This document shows, piece by piece, positions 1 to 11,460 of a DNA stretch of 64,000 bases; the stretch's first letter is position 1; each line of letters opens with the position of its first letter. Origin of the DNA: Camelus ferus (lineage: Eukaryota). Location of the stretch: the NCBI RefSeq assembly GCF_009834535.1, contig NC_045696.1, positions 19,222,001 to 19,286,000 on the forward strand, read 5' to 3'. A program made the translations under genes and the position numbers. The notes under the pieces are model-generated. The model worked only from the letters and a program-made list of their open reading frames with translations, was not told where the DNA came from and did no database searches.

Positions 1-94
1 TGAGGTCATCTTCATTTTTTTTTATTTGACCTTTACAGTAATTTCAAAGACTTGACCTTATCCAGAACTAGTTAAGCAGAATTTATAAATCTGT

Positions 95-572
95 TTTCTT
101 GTGTCTGATGCTGGATCTTGAGGGACACAGGGACAGGCCACAGAGAAGAGAGGACAGATGTCGGGGAAGAGCAAGAACCAATTGGAACCCAAAGCACAAG
201 CCATAGCCCAGGAGGAGAAGTGAAAATCTCTGTCACTTGTCCTTATCTCTGCCCTGAGTGGCATGCGTGTTCTACAGAAGCTGGGCTCCATCACAGGGCG
301 AGCACGCACTGACTTAGGAACTGATGAATCCAAAAAAGAAACAAGGGCAAGGTAGGCAGTGGCAGGCCTGGCCTCGCCCTTCATGAGAGAAAGGAGTTAA
401 GAGATCAGCAACAAGATGTGAGGGCTACAAAATGGCTGCCACTCCACTGTCATCCTCCGAATCTTCCACAAGGGTCTCCTCTGTAACCCACCCTAACTGG
501 AAACATACAGAAAAGGGAACCATAGGAAAGGTATTTAAACTTAACCAAGTTGACACGTCACAAAGCCACATA
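95..572 (-). mobile_element. ERVL LTR remnant, MLT2-like
   Basis: Ends in CCCTAACTGGAAACATACAGAAAAGGGAACC...CCAAGTTGACACGTCACAAAGCCACA, resembling the reverse-complemented 5' end of old MLT2 LTRs (recalled consensus). Confidence 0.55.
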
Positions 573-759
573 AGGATTCAATACCAGCATTTTCTGTTTT
601 CAAACTTAGTTCTCAAGTTCTGTGCTAAATGATTATCATCAGAAGAAGATGAGAGACTTCTTCCCCTGATTTCTGAGTGTAAGGATGTTAGAAGCTGCCA
701 ATATATAGGCAATTGAGGGAAATGCATTTTCAATGAAATTACATCTAACCAGAATTAGT

Positions 760-832
760 AATATCTAGCATGGCACTTAGCACAATTGCCTGGCAAAAAG
801 TAGGCACTCAATAAGCTCATATGAAATGAATG
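760..832 (+). mobile_element. L2 3'-terminal remnant
   Basis: CACTTAGCACAATTGCCTGGCAAAAAGTAGGCACTCAATAAG...AATGAATG is a typical L2 tail. Confidence 0.6.
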
Positions 833-2399
833 TCCAGATTGGGGAAGGTGGGGAAAGGAAGAGAAACATGGTCATAGTGGATATGAAGGAAGGACGAATG
901 GGGCCAGAAACTTGATGGTCCTGGGGAACCAAAAGAATGTCTGGAAACCAAATATTCTGAAGTCATAGCTAAAAGCCTGGTGAATCAAACTCTGGATTTT
1001 CACAGGGTTACTTGTAATCTGGTAAATAGGTGGTCTTTTTGTTTATTCATTTAAAACTTTCTTTTACATCTTTAACAGAAATATTTACAAAGTTTTGTGG
1101 TCTTAGTGTTTTCTGAAATTCACACTGAAAAATTCTTGTCTGTGTTTCCTACACCATTCATTTGCATACATTTGTAAAATACTCAGATTAGTCAAGAAAT
1201 TAAATGTCTTCTATTTGGTAGACATTATGAAGTGAGCAACTGCCCTTTTAGATATATCGCTTCAATAGCAAAGAAAACAAACTCATGAAGGATTTTGACT
1301 GAATTCTTAAATCTATAGTTTTCTTTGTCCTGTATTTTCTTGGAAAGCATTTTTAGAAATGGTGCAAACATCATAGTTTATCTAGGGAAATTTTGGGTAC
1401 AAATAAAAGCTAGTAATTCTTAAAATTTCATTGTCATTATTAGATCAGCATAAAAGACTAGTAGATATGATCAGAAGCCCTTAATTGTTCTAACAGAAAA
1501 GAATATGAGATATCACTCTGACCTGGATTCCTGTTTTGATGAAGTGTAAAATCAACCTGTATTAGAGCAAAGTTATTTTAAAAATCAATAGTGATAAGTG
1601 ATGGATGAAAAGTGCAAATCTATCTTTGTGAGCAATAGAGTTTTTAATGGAACTAACCTGTATGGTCCAAAGACTATTATGTGTCCCAGTAAGAGTTCAT
1701 GCAGGGTGGAAGGTGGGAATTAGTTTTGCAAAAGACATAAAGAAAAAAAAATGAAAAGCTAGTCATTTTTATCTTAAATACCATAGAGTATTCTATTCAT
1801 TTGCCTTTGAAGTTTCCTGTTTTTCCATTGATTATTCAGTGTAATTATAACCATGCATTAAACAAGGTCACCTAGGACATAACTAAATATTTCAGCTTGA
1901 ATTTTAGTTTTGGAGACTCACTCCAAAGTGGAAATGGATGTGGTTATTTAGAAAAATAATTTTCAAACCAATTAACATATTCCCATTCTTTCTTTTATGA
2001 TGCAAATTGCCATTAAAGCACTGTGCAACATTTTACTGCACATCACGTAATGAAATCTTGCCATCTAACTTTAAGATGTGGAAGGTTTATCATTATAAGT
2101 ATTTTCAGCATTCTGAATTGTCCCTTAAGTACTTCTTACCAAATGAACCACATGAACCAGTTATAACTGCCAAGCACCCAATTATACCTAATATGTTAAT
2201 ATTCCACGAGGTGGAATAGTAGCATTATTACTCATAAATGCACACACAACACATCAAATTTTTGATCCTACTTCCTCATTCACTGAGAACTCAGATGCTT
2301 ACTTGAGACTTTCTCACTTCAATTATCATTATTCTGGAATGCCAAACTCCATGTGGGCTGCCTGTCCAATATTAGGTCTTTAATTTTATGTCAGTCACC

Positions 2400-2970
2400 A
2401 AAACCCATTTCACTCTTTAAATCTTAGTACCAGCTGGAATATTTCAGTCTTACAATTTCACTTCACTTTCTTTGCAGCCTAAATCATACGTTCAAAAACT
2501 TAAACTGCTACCACTACCATCATGCATCTCTAGATTTTTTCTGTCCCACTATCTAATCCCTAACAGACTCCATCTCCTTTGAGATCACTCTCTTTCTCCT
2601 ACCTTCCCTCATCCTGTACACAACTGAATTTGCTGGAGGGAAAAATAATACCATACAATGAACATATTGTTGCCATTTCAAATACACCATTGCCAAACAC
2701 TGACAAATCTAATGGAACCGTGTCGCTTATTACCTTATTTAATCTCTCAGCTGCATTTCCTACAGCTGGCTGTTCTTTTTTTCTTGAAATATTTTCTCTT
2801 ACGTCCATGACAAACACTTCCTTGTTGTTTTCCCTTTTGGGCACATTCGCTAGCTCTTCTACTACTCTATCTTTTAATATTGAAGAACTCTGATTGTCCT
2901 AGAATTTCCTTCTATTCTTAAACTCCATTCTTCTTAAATTATTTCACTTATTTCCTATAGCTTTGAATTC
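2400..2970 (+). mobile_element. L2 LINE fragment (reverse-transcriptase region)
   Basis: ORF 2579-2893 contains LITLFNLSAAFPTAG, a decayed version of the L2/CR1 RT motif LILLDLSAAFDTVDH; pyrimidine-rich L2-like context. Confidence 0.7.
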
Positions 2971-2984
2971 AATGGCATTGACAG

Positions 2985-3358
2985 TGGTGCCAGTGGTAGG
3001 AGGAAATATTGTCCCCAGTTACTCAACTGACCTGCTGTGTGGAGGATTATGTCCTTCCGCAAACATCTGAGATTATTGTGACTTGCTTTGACCAATGAAA
3101 GGTGAGCAGAAGTGACATATGCCATGTCCAGGTAGTCTAAGTAGAAATGTTAAGAGCCATCACATGCTACGCAATTTTCTTTTCTTTTATTTCCTTTTCT
3201 CTCCCCGCCCCGCGCCCCCCCCCCCCACTTTTTACCATGAGAATGTTTTCTCTTAGATAGAAGCCTTCATCCAACCTGAATTCAGAACTAAAGAAGACAG
3301 ATGACAGGATTATAGAGACATCAGCTGACATCTAATTGAGCAAGAAACTAACTTTTGT
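2985..3358 (+). mobile_element. MaLR LTR (MLT1I/J-like), 3'-truncated
   Basis: TGTGACTTGCTTTGACCAATGAAAGGTGAGCAGAAGTGAC core and GAGCAAGAAACTAACTTTTGT near the end; terminal ~60 nt missing. Confidence 0.7.
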
Positions 3359-3454
3359 ATCTATACACCAGCACCCTACTTAGAATTTTATATATATACA
3401 ATAATAATGTAATTATTTTATAAGTAATGTAAATTACATTAAAATATATATTAT

Positions 3455-5950
3455 ATGCCACATTCTTTATCCAATAATTTGTTGATGGACACTCAGGTTG
3501 TTTTCTTAGCTTAGCTATTGTGAATAATGCTGCAATAAACATGGGAGTGCACATATCCCTTCGAGACAATGATTTCATTTCTTTTGAGTATATACGCAGA
3601 ACAGGGGTTGCTGAATCATATGGTAGGTTTTTAAAAAATTTTTGAGGAAACTCCATACTGTTTTCCATAGTGGCTGTCCCAGTTTACATTCCCAGCGACA
3701 GTCCACAAGTGTTCCTTTTACTCCACATCCTTGCCAATACTTGTTATTTCTTGTCTTTTTGCTAATAGATACACTAATAGGTGTGAAGTGACATCTCATT
3801 GTGGTTATGATTTGTGTCTCCCTGATGGTAAGTAATATTGAGCCTCTTTTCATGTACCTATTGGCCATTGTTACATCTTCTTTGGAAAAAATGTCTACTC
3901 AAGTCCTTTGCCCATTGTTAAATTAATTTTGTTGTTGTTGTGTTTTTTGCTGTTAAGTTGTGTGAATTCCTTATATATTTTGCACATTTAACCCTTAGTG
4001 GACATATGGTTTGCACACATTTTCTTCCATTCCATAGGTTGTCTTTTCGTTTTCTTGATGGTTTATTTTGCTCTGCAGAAGATTTTTAGTTTGACGTAAC
4101 TCACTAGTTTATTATTGCTATTGCTTCCTTTGCTTTTGGTGCCAAATCCAAAAATATTGCTAAAAGCAATGTCAAGGAGATTATCACCTATATATTCTAT
4201 AGGTGTTTTATAGTTTCATGTATTATGCTTAAGTTTTCAATCTGCTTTGAGTTAATTTTGTGTATAATGTTAAGATAAGGTTTTGATATTTTCTTTTGTA
4301 TGCGGATATCCAGTTTCCTGAGCATCATTTACTGAAGAGACTATCTAAAAATGTATCCATTTCTTTCTGGTTATCCAATTTGTTGGTGTACAGTCATTCA
4401 TAGTAGTTTCTTATCATTCTTAGTATTTCTTTGATATCAGTGTTAATGATTCATCTTTTATTTCTGATTTTATTTGGGTCTTCCCTATTGTTTTCTTTGT
4501 CAGTCTAGCTAAAGACTTGTAAATTTTGTTTACCTTAAAAATAAAACTAGCTGTTAGTTTCATTGATATTTTCCATTATCTCCCTCATCTCTATTTCATT
4601 TATATCTTCTCTGATCTCTTTCATTTCCCTCCTGCTTTATACATTGCACTTTTATACATCTTCTTTTTATAGTTCCCTGAAGTATAAAGTTAAATTGTTT
4701 ATTTGAGACCATTCTGAGTATGTTTATCACTATAAACTTCCCTCTTAGAATCGTTTTTGTTGCATCCCATATGTTTGGTATATTGTTTTTCCATTTTTAT
4801 TTCTCTAAAGATATATATTTTTTCATATCCCTTTTGATTCCTCTTTGACCCATTGGTTTTTCAAGAGCATGTTGGTTTAGTCCCTACATATCTGTGAATT
4901 TTCCATTTTTCCTGTTATCGATTTCTAGTTTCACACCATTGTCTTTGGAAAAGATACTTGATATGATTTCAATCTTCTTTAATTTTCTAAGATGAATTTT
5001 ATGGCCTACCATATGCTCCATCCTGGAGAATATCCTATGTGTACTTGAGAACTATATGTATTCTGCTGCTATTGGATGGAGTGTTCTGTGTATGTCTGTA
5101 GGACATGTACATATAGCTGCAAGAAGTACTCACATACCTATTTAAACACTGCCTCTATTTTAAGCATGGTCCTGTGGAACTCATGAATGCCAAGCCCCAC
5201 TGGCTTTCAGAGTTAGGTAATATGGGGGGTTATTCCTTCTGGTAGCAGCCTTATTAAGTTAGGATCTTGATGTGTGGACAAGTTCCTTCCAGGGAGAAGC
5301 TGGTTATTTCATTTTTTGTTAGATTGAGACAGATAGAAAAGGCAAGGGGAGTGCCCACCAACTCTTTCAGGCTGCCAGGAGGATCTCAGCCAGCTCTCAG
5401 AGGTCGGCTAATTAGAAGCTGGACCCTCAGGCAGGTTCTTGTACATTTGCATTTAAACCCTTCCAGGAAAAAATTAGGAGATGGGCATTTTTGGTTGCTC
5501 CCTCTCTCTACACTGAGCCTGGAGGGCACAGCTGCACGAATGGCGTGAGTGCCCATTTAAAAACTGCTTCTTTACCAAGTTCCTGTGGGACTCATGGATG
5601 TGAAGCCTGTTGGCTCTCAGATATGGATGTTTTGGGTGCCACTTCCTCAGGTGAGAGTCTTGAAAGTTTGGGCTCTGTATGTTTTGCCCAAATTCTTTAT
5701 TCCTTGGGGAGAAACTGAGAGTGTGGTGTTCCCTCCCAATTATAAGGCTCTGGGCCAGAGGTGGGGTTTATGGCCAGTCCTTTCTGCCTACTTCAATGTG
5801 GGTATTTTCTCAGTCATCTGACATGTAGGAGTCATTCAATTAGTTTCTGGATTTCTCTCAAAGAAGTTTGATCAATGTGTAACTGCCTATTTGGCAGACC
5901 TACAGGAAGAGGGAAAATCGGGAGACTCCTATCCTTCCATTCTTGGTCCA
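3455..5950 (-). mobile_element. L1 (old L1M/L1MA type), internally deleted: ORF2 C-terminus (3455-4345), ORF2 endonuclease-adjacent part (4346-5105) and 5'UTR (5110-5950)
   Basis: ORFs 3575-3868 (MANRYMKRGS..TTMRCHFTP..CRWECKLGQPLWKTVW) and 3348-3668 ([30 protein letters not shown]) are L1 ORF2 C-terminus. The minus strand near 5950 reads GGACCAAGAATGGAAGGATAGGAG, like an L1 5' start. Confidence 0.85.
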
Positions 5951-5974
5951 TGCCCAAAGCAAAACAAAAAAACC

Positions 5975-6434
5975 TCACCTCTCTTTTTACAGTTTTCTTT
6001 GGTAGTGCCTTCTCACTCTGATGCTAGATGTGGCCAAGTGATTTGCCAATGAGAGAATAACAAAGGTGATTCAAGTAGGGCTCTCCAATTACATTTTCCA
6101 ACTCTCTCTTTTGTGACAATTGGAATCATTTTGACTATTCTATCACATGTAAACAAAACCAGACTATCTTCTTGGATGATGAGGGGCATATGACCAGATA
6201 TGCTGTTACCTTAGCCAACAGCCCACCAATCTCCAACCATGTGGGAAAGACCATTCAAGATAGTCTGTACCCCCTGCCAACCCTCTAGCTGGCTGCAAAC
6301 ACATGGGAAAGCCCAGACCAAAAAACAAACAAACAAAAACATACATAGAGATTTGAGAGAAAAAGAGAAGGTTGTGGTTTTAATCCACTAAATTTGGGGA
6401 TGGTTTGTTATGAAGCAAAAGCTAACAGTTATAT
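5975..6434 (+). mobile_element. MaLR LTR (MLT1G/H-like)
   Basis: 3' end GTTGTGGTTTTAATCCACTAAATTTGGGGATGGTTTGTTATGAAGCAAAAGCTAAC is a typical MLT1 terminus. Confidence 0.75.
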
Positions 6435-6439
6435 CAGAA

Positions 6440-6695
6440 AGTCTTTTCCTTGCCATCCCACTAGAATAGACTCTCTCACACTCTTTAAAATGTCATCTCA
6501 TATTAAATTATCTTCATAGCTTTGGCAGCGCCTGATTTGTTTGTTTCTTTCCTTCCTGTTGGCATTTCCTCCACTCTGTTGTAAGCTCTCAGAAAGCATA
6601 ATCTGACCTGGATTCTTCATTCATATCCCCCAGAGCCTATGGCATGTTTTGACAGATACTAAGAATTCAATGACTATTTTTTGAAACAATGAAGA
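6440..6695 (+). mobile_element. L2 3' end
   Basis: TGTAAGCTCTCAGAAAGCA...TTCATATCCCCCAGAGCCTATGGCATG...TTCAATGACTATTTTTTGAAACAATGAA L2 tail pattern. Confidence 0.65.
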
Positions 6696-6990
6696 AAGGA
6701 AAAATCTATTTGTAATCATAACTACACTGTCAATACCATTCTTTAATATATTTGCTCATTCTTTATGAATTTTCCCAGAAATGATCTTGAATCTTTGCCA
6801 GATGTAATTTAAGGTGTTATAAATATTATTATCTTTATTCTTCTATAGATGAATTTATTTTTGTTTTGAAACACCCAACTCTACTGAATAGTGAACACTA
6901 CAGTTCTTTTAATTTACAGTATCCTGAGCCCCCGCATTTTGAAGAAGACTGAAGGAGACTAAATGAATTTGGGCAGTACAAGGTTTTCTG

Positions 6991-7421
6991 TTTTTTAGTT
7001 TTTTTTTTTTTTAAGTTGTGAAAAGGACAAGCTTTATTAGGCCCCCAGCCCTAGTTCTCTTTCTCCTGCACAGTCTTGGTTCCCCAGAGAAGCCCAGTCC
7101 AGCAGGCAGCAATGAGACCCACTTTCCAGCCAGCAGGGGTATCTGTATGGATGGTAGAAGGTTTGCTGATGTGCTGGTGGTTGCCACCTCCGAAGGGATG
7201 TTCCACAGTTTTCATGGCCACACCCTGCTTGCACAGCCAGCAATTCCTCTTTGCCTTATACTTGTGGTGGGCACGGCCAGCTTTCAGAATGGACTTGTCA
7301 GTGTGGCCACCTCCAGCCACCACACTGACCACAGATCTGGCGGAGGAGATAACCTTCTTGGAGCTTGAGGGCAGCTTCACTCAGGTCTTCTTTGTCTCTG
7401 GGTTGTGAGAGGTAACAGTGG
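6991..7421 (-). pseudogene. RPL8: Processed, 5'-truncated pseudogene of 60S ribosomal protein L8 (uL2), C-terminal half
   Basis: Minus strand translates [64 protein letters not shown], matching RPL8. In-frame TGA at 7381-7383, stop at 7051-7053, AATAAA at 7033-7038, poly(A) at 6991-7012, no introns. Confidence 0.96.
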
Positions 7422-7779
7422 TCAAATTCAGTACAATAAAAAGTATATTTACTACCCAGTCTTTATCTTCCATTGTTCAAACATCATCTGAGAAGTCCCT
7501 TTTTAAAATCTGATCTTTGCGTATAAATCCGTGCCAGTCTCAGAAGCATCCTTCAACTTCTGCCATTAAATTCTCTCTCTCATTCTCTCTTTCTCACTCT
7601 CCCTGTCTCTTCTGTCTCTCCTAGTTGTGAGAAACTCTGGAACTGTAGAAAATTAGAGAATTCAGCAGGGTTGTCTTAAACTTTACACCCTCCCCAGTTT
7701 TACTTTGCTTTACATGGAAAATTATACTCCTTATGTAGTCATGTTGCTGGGATGTGTGGAAAAATACATAAATTTTTCT

Positions 7780-8085
7780 AAGAACCCACTTTAGGGAAAC
7801 CCAGTAACACTCTCTACCCTATTCACTTGAGCCACGATTATGTAAGCAAAATCTCTAGGATCATTCCATTACCTTGGACATAAGTCTGTCCTGTGGTTCC
7901 GTTTCCTGTAAGTTTCCCAGATTCAGTTGTTCCCTTCCAGGTGCAGCCTCATGAATAAAGCTCTCCTTAGGGACAAGCTTCCTTGCCTAAATCTTCCATT
8001 TTCCCTATAATATCCCCCTTGCCTCACTTAGTCCAGGGGCAAGGCAGAATCTCTCTTTTTATCATTCTAATCTTTGTGAACACAC
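7780..8085 (+). mobile_element. Possible old ERV LTR fragment
   Basis: LTR-like composition with AATAAA (~7954) and a ...GAACACA end; family not identified. Confidence 0.3.
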
Positions 8086-8319
8086 AGTAATTAGACCCAA
8101 AGATGCAAATATTTTATTTTTAAGGTATATGTCAAAGGTGAAAATCAAGATCAAGTCAAAGAACTTTCCTCAACAGACTCTAAATCTTTAATCAATTCAG
8201 CCACTTCAAAGATCAGGATAGGTTTATCTTAGCAAATTATCCAATCTAACTAAATTATTCTCAATACCAAGGCATCCCAGAAACATATTTATAGTTATGT
8301 GTGTTGGAAATTACAGAGA

Positions 8320-8470
8320 CTATCAGTGTATCTCAGAGTACAATACCTGATTAACCTGTAATCACCTGGATATTATTTAAGAACGCAAACTTCTGATTCA
8401 CATCCCAGAACTACTTGGTGAGAATTGCAAGGATGAAGGAAAAGGGATCTGATTTTTACACACTTTAAAA
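8320..8470. mobile_element. hAT-Charlie MITE (MER5-like)
   Basis: AATCACCTGG...CAAACTTCTGATTCACATCCCAGAACTACT...AGAAT pattern of the MER5 family. Confidence 0.5.
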
Positions 8471-10624
8471 ATGAATGCATTGAAAACTGTAAAATGTAAA
8501 TAAGAGCAAGTATTTTCAAAATGTTATGTGATGCAATTAACCCACTAACAATTACACATGTACTTGAAGTTGTTTACGTGTTATGTAACTAATCTAATTC
8601 TAGTTTCTCCTTCAGGGTAGACCAGTTGCTTGCCCTAACAGAAATATTATCCAAGTGTCAGGACTATAATAACCACAGAGTACAGATGTTTTTACCTTCC
8701 AGAAGTAAACCAGACATTTGAACATAATATCATATTGCTGTTGCTTTAAGGAATTTGGAATTTCAGACACTATTGATTGCATCTAAATAATTCAGTTTAG
8801 CTAATATGAGAGTTTTTATATTAGCATACATGGTTAGCTTCAAGATCCTGACCCTGGCTTTACTTCCCCAGACCTCATATTTTAGAAATAGATTGAATTT
8901 ATAAACTTGTTATAAACAAACCTGTGGCTGAAGTAACTCCCAAGTAGCTAAACAACTGATTCTTAAAGTTAGTAGGTTAATTGATCTGTTTAGATTACCA
9001 AATGTTCAATATTTTTTCATTGAATTTTTACACAATTTACAAAAGGACAAGAATGTGCTTTTGAAAGCACATTACACATTAAATAAAATATTTGTTTTCA
9101 TTTTGGTTAAATCATCTGTAATATTTTCCGCTTGACTACTAAAAAAAATTAGTGAAGACATCATTTAAGAATGCTTCCAATCAAAATATACTACTAATAC
9201 AATTATTTATGCTTTTTGTACAAATTGAAAACAGGTACACATACTCAATAACTCCCTGAATTGACATTAAGCATTATTTTATTTCTGGAATTGTCTTAAA
9301 CACGTGTGAAACTCAGACAAAAGTCTTTGAATAAACTAGACAAAGTAAAATGCTTATTGAGCTTACAGTATTAATTATTTAGCCCCTATTATATAGTGTA
9401 AAGCCAGTCAACACAGGCTATTAGGAAATGGTTTCTAGATTCAGTGTTCCTGGTTGCAGACTTCAGCCATGTTGCAGTATTAAATGTCTCTAATTCTCAG
9501 TTCCTGATACAGATGGCTTGAGCACTAAGTGAATTATTAGTGAACTGCATTAGTTAATGCTCACTCAGTGATAGCAATTATTAGACCCTAGAGGTGTTTT
9601 CCTACTTATATTCTTTATATATTCCAAAGTAGCTAAATATTTTTCTAATGTGGACCCTTCTAGCTCTGACATCGTGTGTGTGCCATACACATATCTGAAC
9701 TTAAAATTCATTAACTATATTCCCTTCATTTGATGCAGTAAGAGACCAAAATGAAGGCTTTTCTGAAGGATAGAAGAGAATTTTACATAAGCCTGTGATG
9801 TCAAGATTTTTTAGGGACACAATGCTTATTAATTATTGGAAGTATAAGGATCATCTATAATTATTCAGATACAATAAAACATCTCAAAAATTGCCACCTC
9901 TGTTTGCTTTGTTTTCCATTTTTCAGATGAATGCCTTATCAAACAAACAGTATGTTTTATAAGTCTGTCGGGGCTGAGCATCACAGCTGTGGCCACAGAG
10001 CCGACAGACACAATGGGCTGCTCTGTGACCAGATGAGGTGCATATTCCATTCTGAAGCGCTGCTGTGTTATAATAAAGAAGAACATGAAAAAGTACTATG
10101 GATTCTCAACCATTTTATTAGCTACACTGAAAGAAGAGAATTATAATACCAGGTAACAAGAAGGAAAAATATCTTATTCTGCAGTGAATTATATAAAATC
10201 TAGTAGTGTGTATTATAATGTGAATGAGATATGTTTCTTTAACAAAGAACAATGCAGACTTCTAATTTTGTAACCTGTGACTTAATGTAAAAGAAATCCT
10301 ATTTTTCATTTTCCTCAGGCTATTTCAACTAACTTCTTCTTCTAATTTGCCAGCCAAATTGGTTTCCCAAATTTGAATGTCTGCCTGTGCTAATAGAATC
10401 TATAGGGTAATGTAATTACTTAATCCATTCATTATACGGCGTAAAGATAGTCCAGTTAAAATGTCAAATAGAATCAAGGCTATATGAATGAGAAATATTT
10501 TCAATTGTAATTTTTCCTCTCCCAAAAGAGACATGAAGGTATAATTTCCTCCATGCATGGAATGTTTCATATTGGCTTCTCAAAATAAAAGTCTCAGGAG
10601 CCATTTCAAAGTACAAAGTACTTC

Positions 10625-10720
10625 ATATTCATGACCTTGGACAAGTTTCAGAGCCTCAGTTTCCTCATTTCCAAATTGAGAATCATGAGACAAATGTCCC
10701 CTCACTGTATTATTAACCGA
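10625..10720 (+). mobile_element. MIR core
   Basis: TGACCTTGGACAAGTT..GAGCCTCAGTTTCCTCATTTCCAAATTGAGAAT CORE-SINE motif. Confidence 0.7.
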
Positions 10721-11260
10721 AAATTTTGTAAGTCCAGAAAACAATCAGTTTTTATAGAAGAGAATTCAGTGGATTTAGCAATTTAAAGGGATTGATGCAA
10801 TTATTATATTAGATTGATTGACTTTGAAAGCTGAAATTTAATTTAAAAATGTTTTATCGAAAGAAAGGTAAAAGCTGCAACTCAGTAAACTTACATTTTG
10901 CCCTCATATGCTTGGAGCAACTCTTCTTTTGTCTCCCTCAGAAACCAGGCATCTCTGGGAAAGGATGTGACCCACAAGCAAGGAGGAGTCAAAAGGGAGA
11001 CAAGTTTTTGGAATCTAATTAGAATAGAGCCCATTCTAATTATTCTGTGAAAGTTTTCAATAGCAATGTATCCATCCAGGATGGAGAGCGAGAATGAGAT
11101 AGAAAAGATAACCAACATTTTATCTGCAAAACACCCACAAACATACATACACAATGTGATTTTAGTAATCTCAATGGGTCTAAAATAAAACAACTTTCTG
11201 TAAAACCCATACAATGTGAAAAATCTGAAGACAGAAACCTACACTTTAAAGGACATAGAG

Positions 11261-11460
11261 TATTCATTCTTTCAACACATATCTTTGAGTGTTTAATACA
11301 TTAGACACTTGACATACATCTATGAACAAAACATCAAAGATCCCAGCTCTTGTAAGGATGTCCATTTTAGGAAAGGAGCTAATATATAAATAAATAGTAG
11401 TTACAATATACAAATTAAATATAATGTTGAAAGTGAATAAATGCTTGGAAAAGAGAGAAA
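11261..11460 (-). mobile_element. L2 3' end
   Basis: TATTCATTCTTTCAACACATATCTTTGAGTG...ATGAACAAAACATCAAAGATCCCAGCTCTTG is the antisense L2 tail. Confidence 0.7.

Noticed and set aside
3203..3226. C-rich run as a G-quadruplex or promoter
   Set aside because: Isolated homopolymer expansion inside an LTR; no CpG island around it.
3348..3868. ORFs of 106 and 97 aa
   Set aside because: Frameshifted L1 ORF2 remnants, not host genes.
7051..7380. 109-aa RPL8-like ORF as a functional gene
   Set aside because: Starts at GTG right after an in-frame TGA, lacks the N-terminal half and has many conserved Arg residues mutated.
7018..7408. Plus-strand ORFs of 116 and 110 aa
   Set aside because: Antisense shadows of the GC-rich RPL8 pseudogene.
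6975..7436. CAGTACAA on both sides of the RPL8 copy as a TSD
   Set aside because: Only 8 bp, and not flush with either the poly(A) or the 5' end; suggestive but not supportable.
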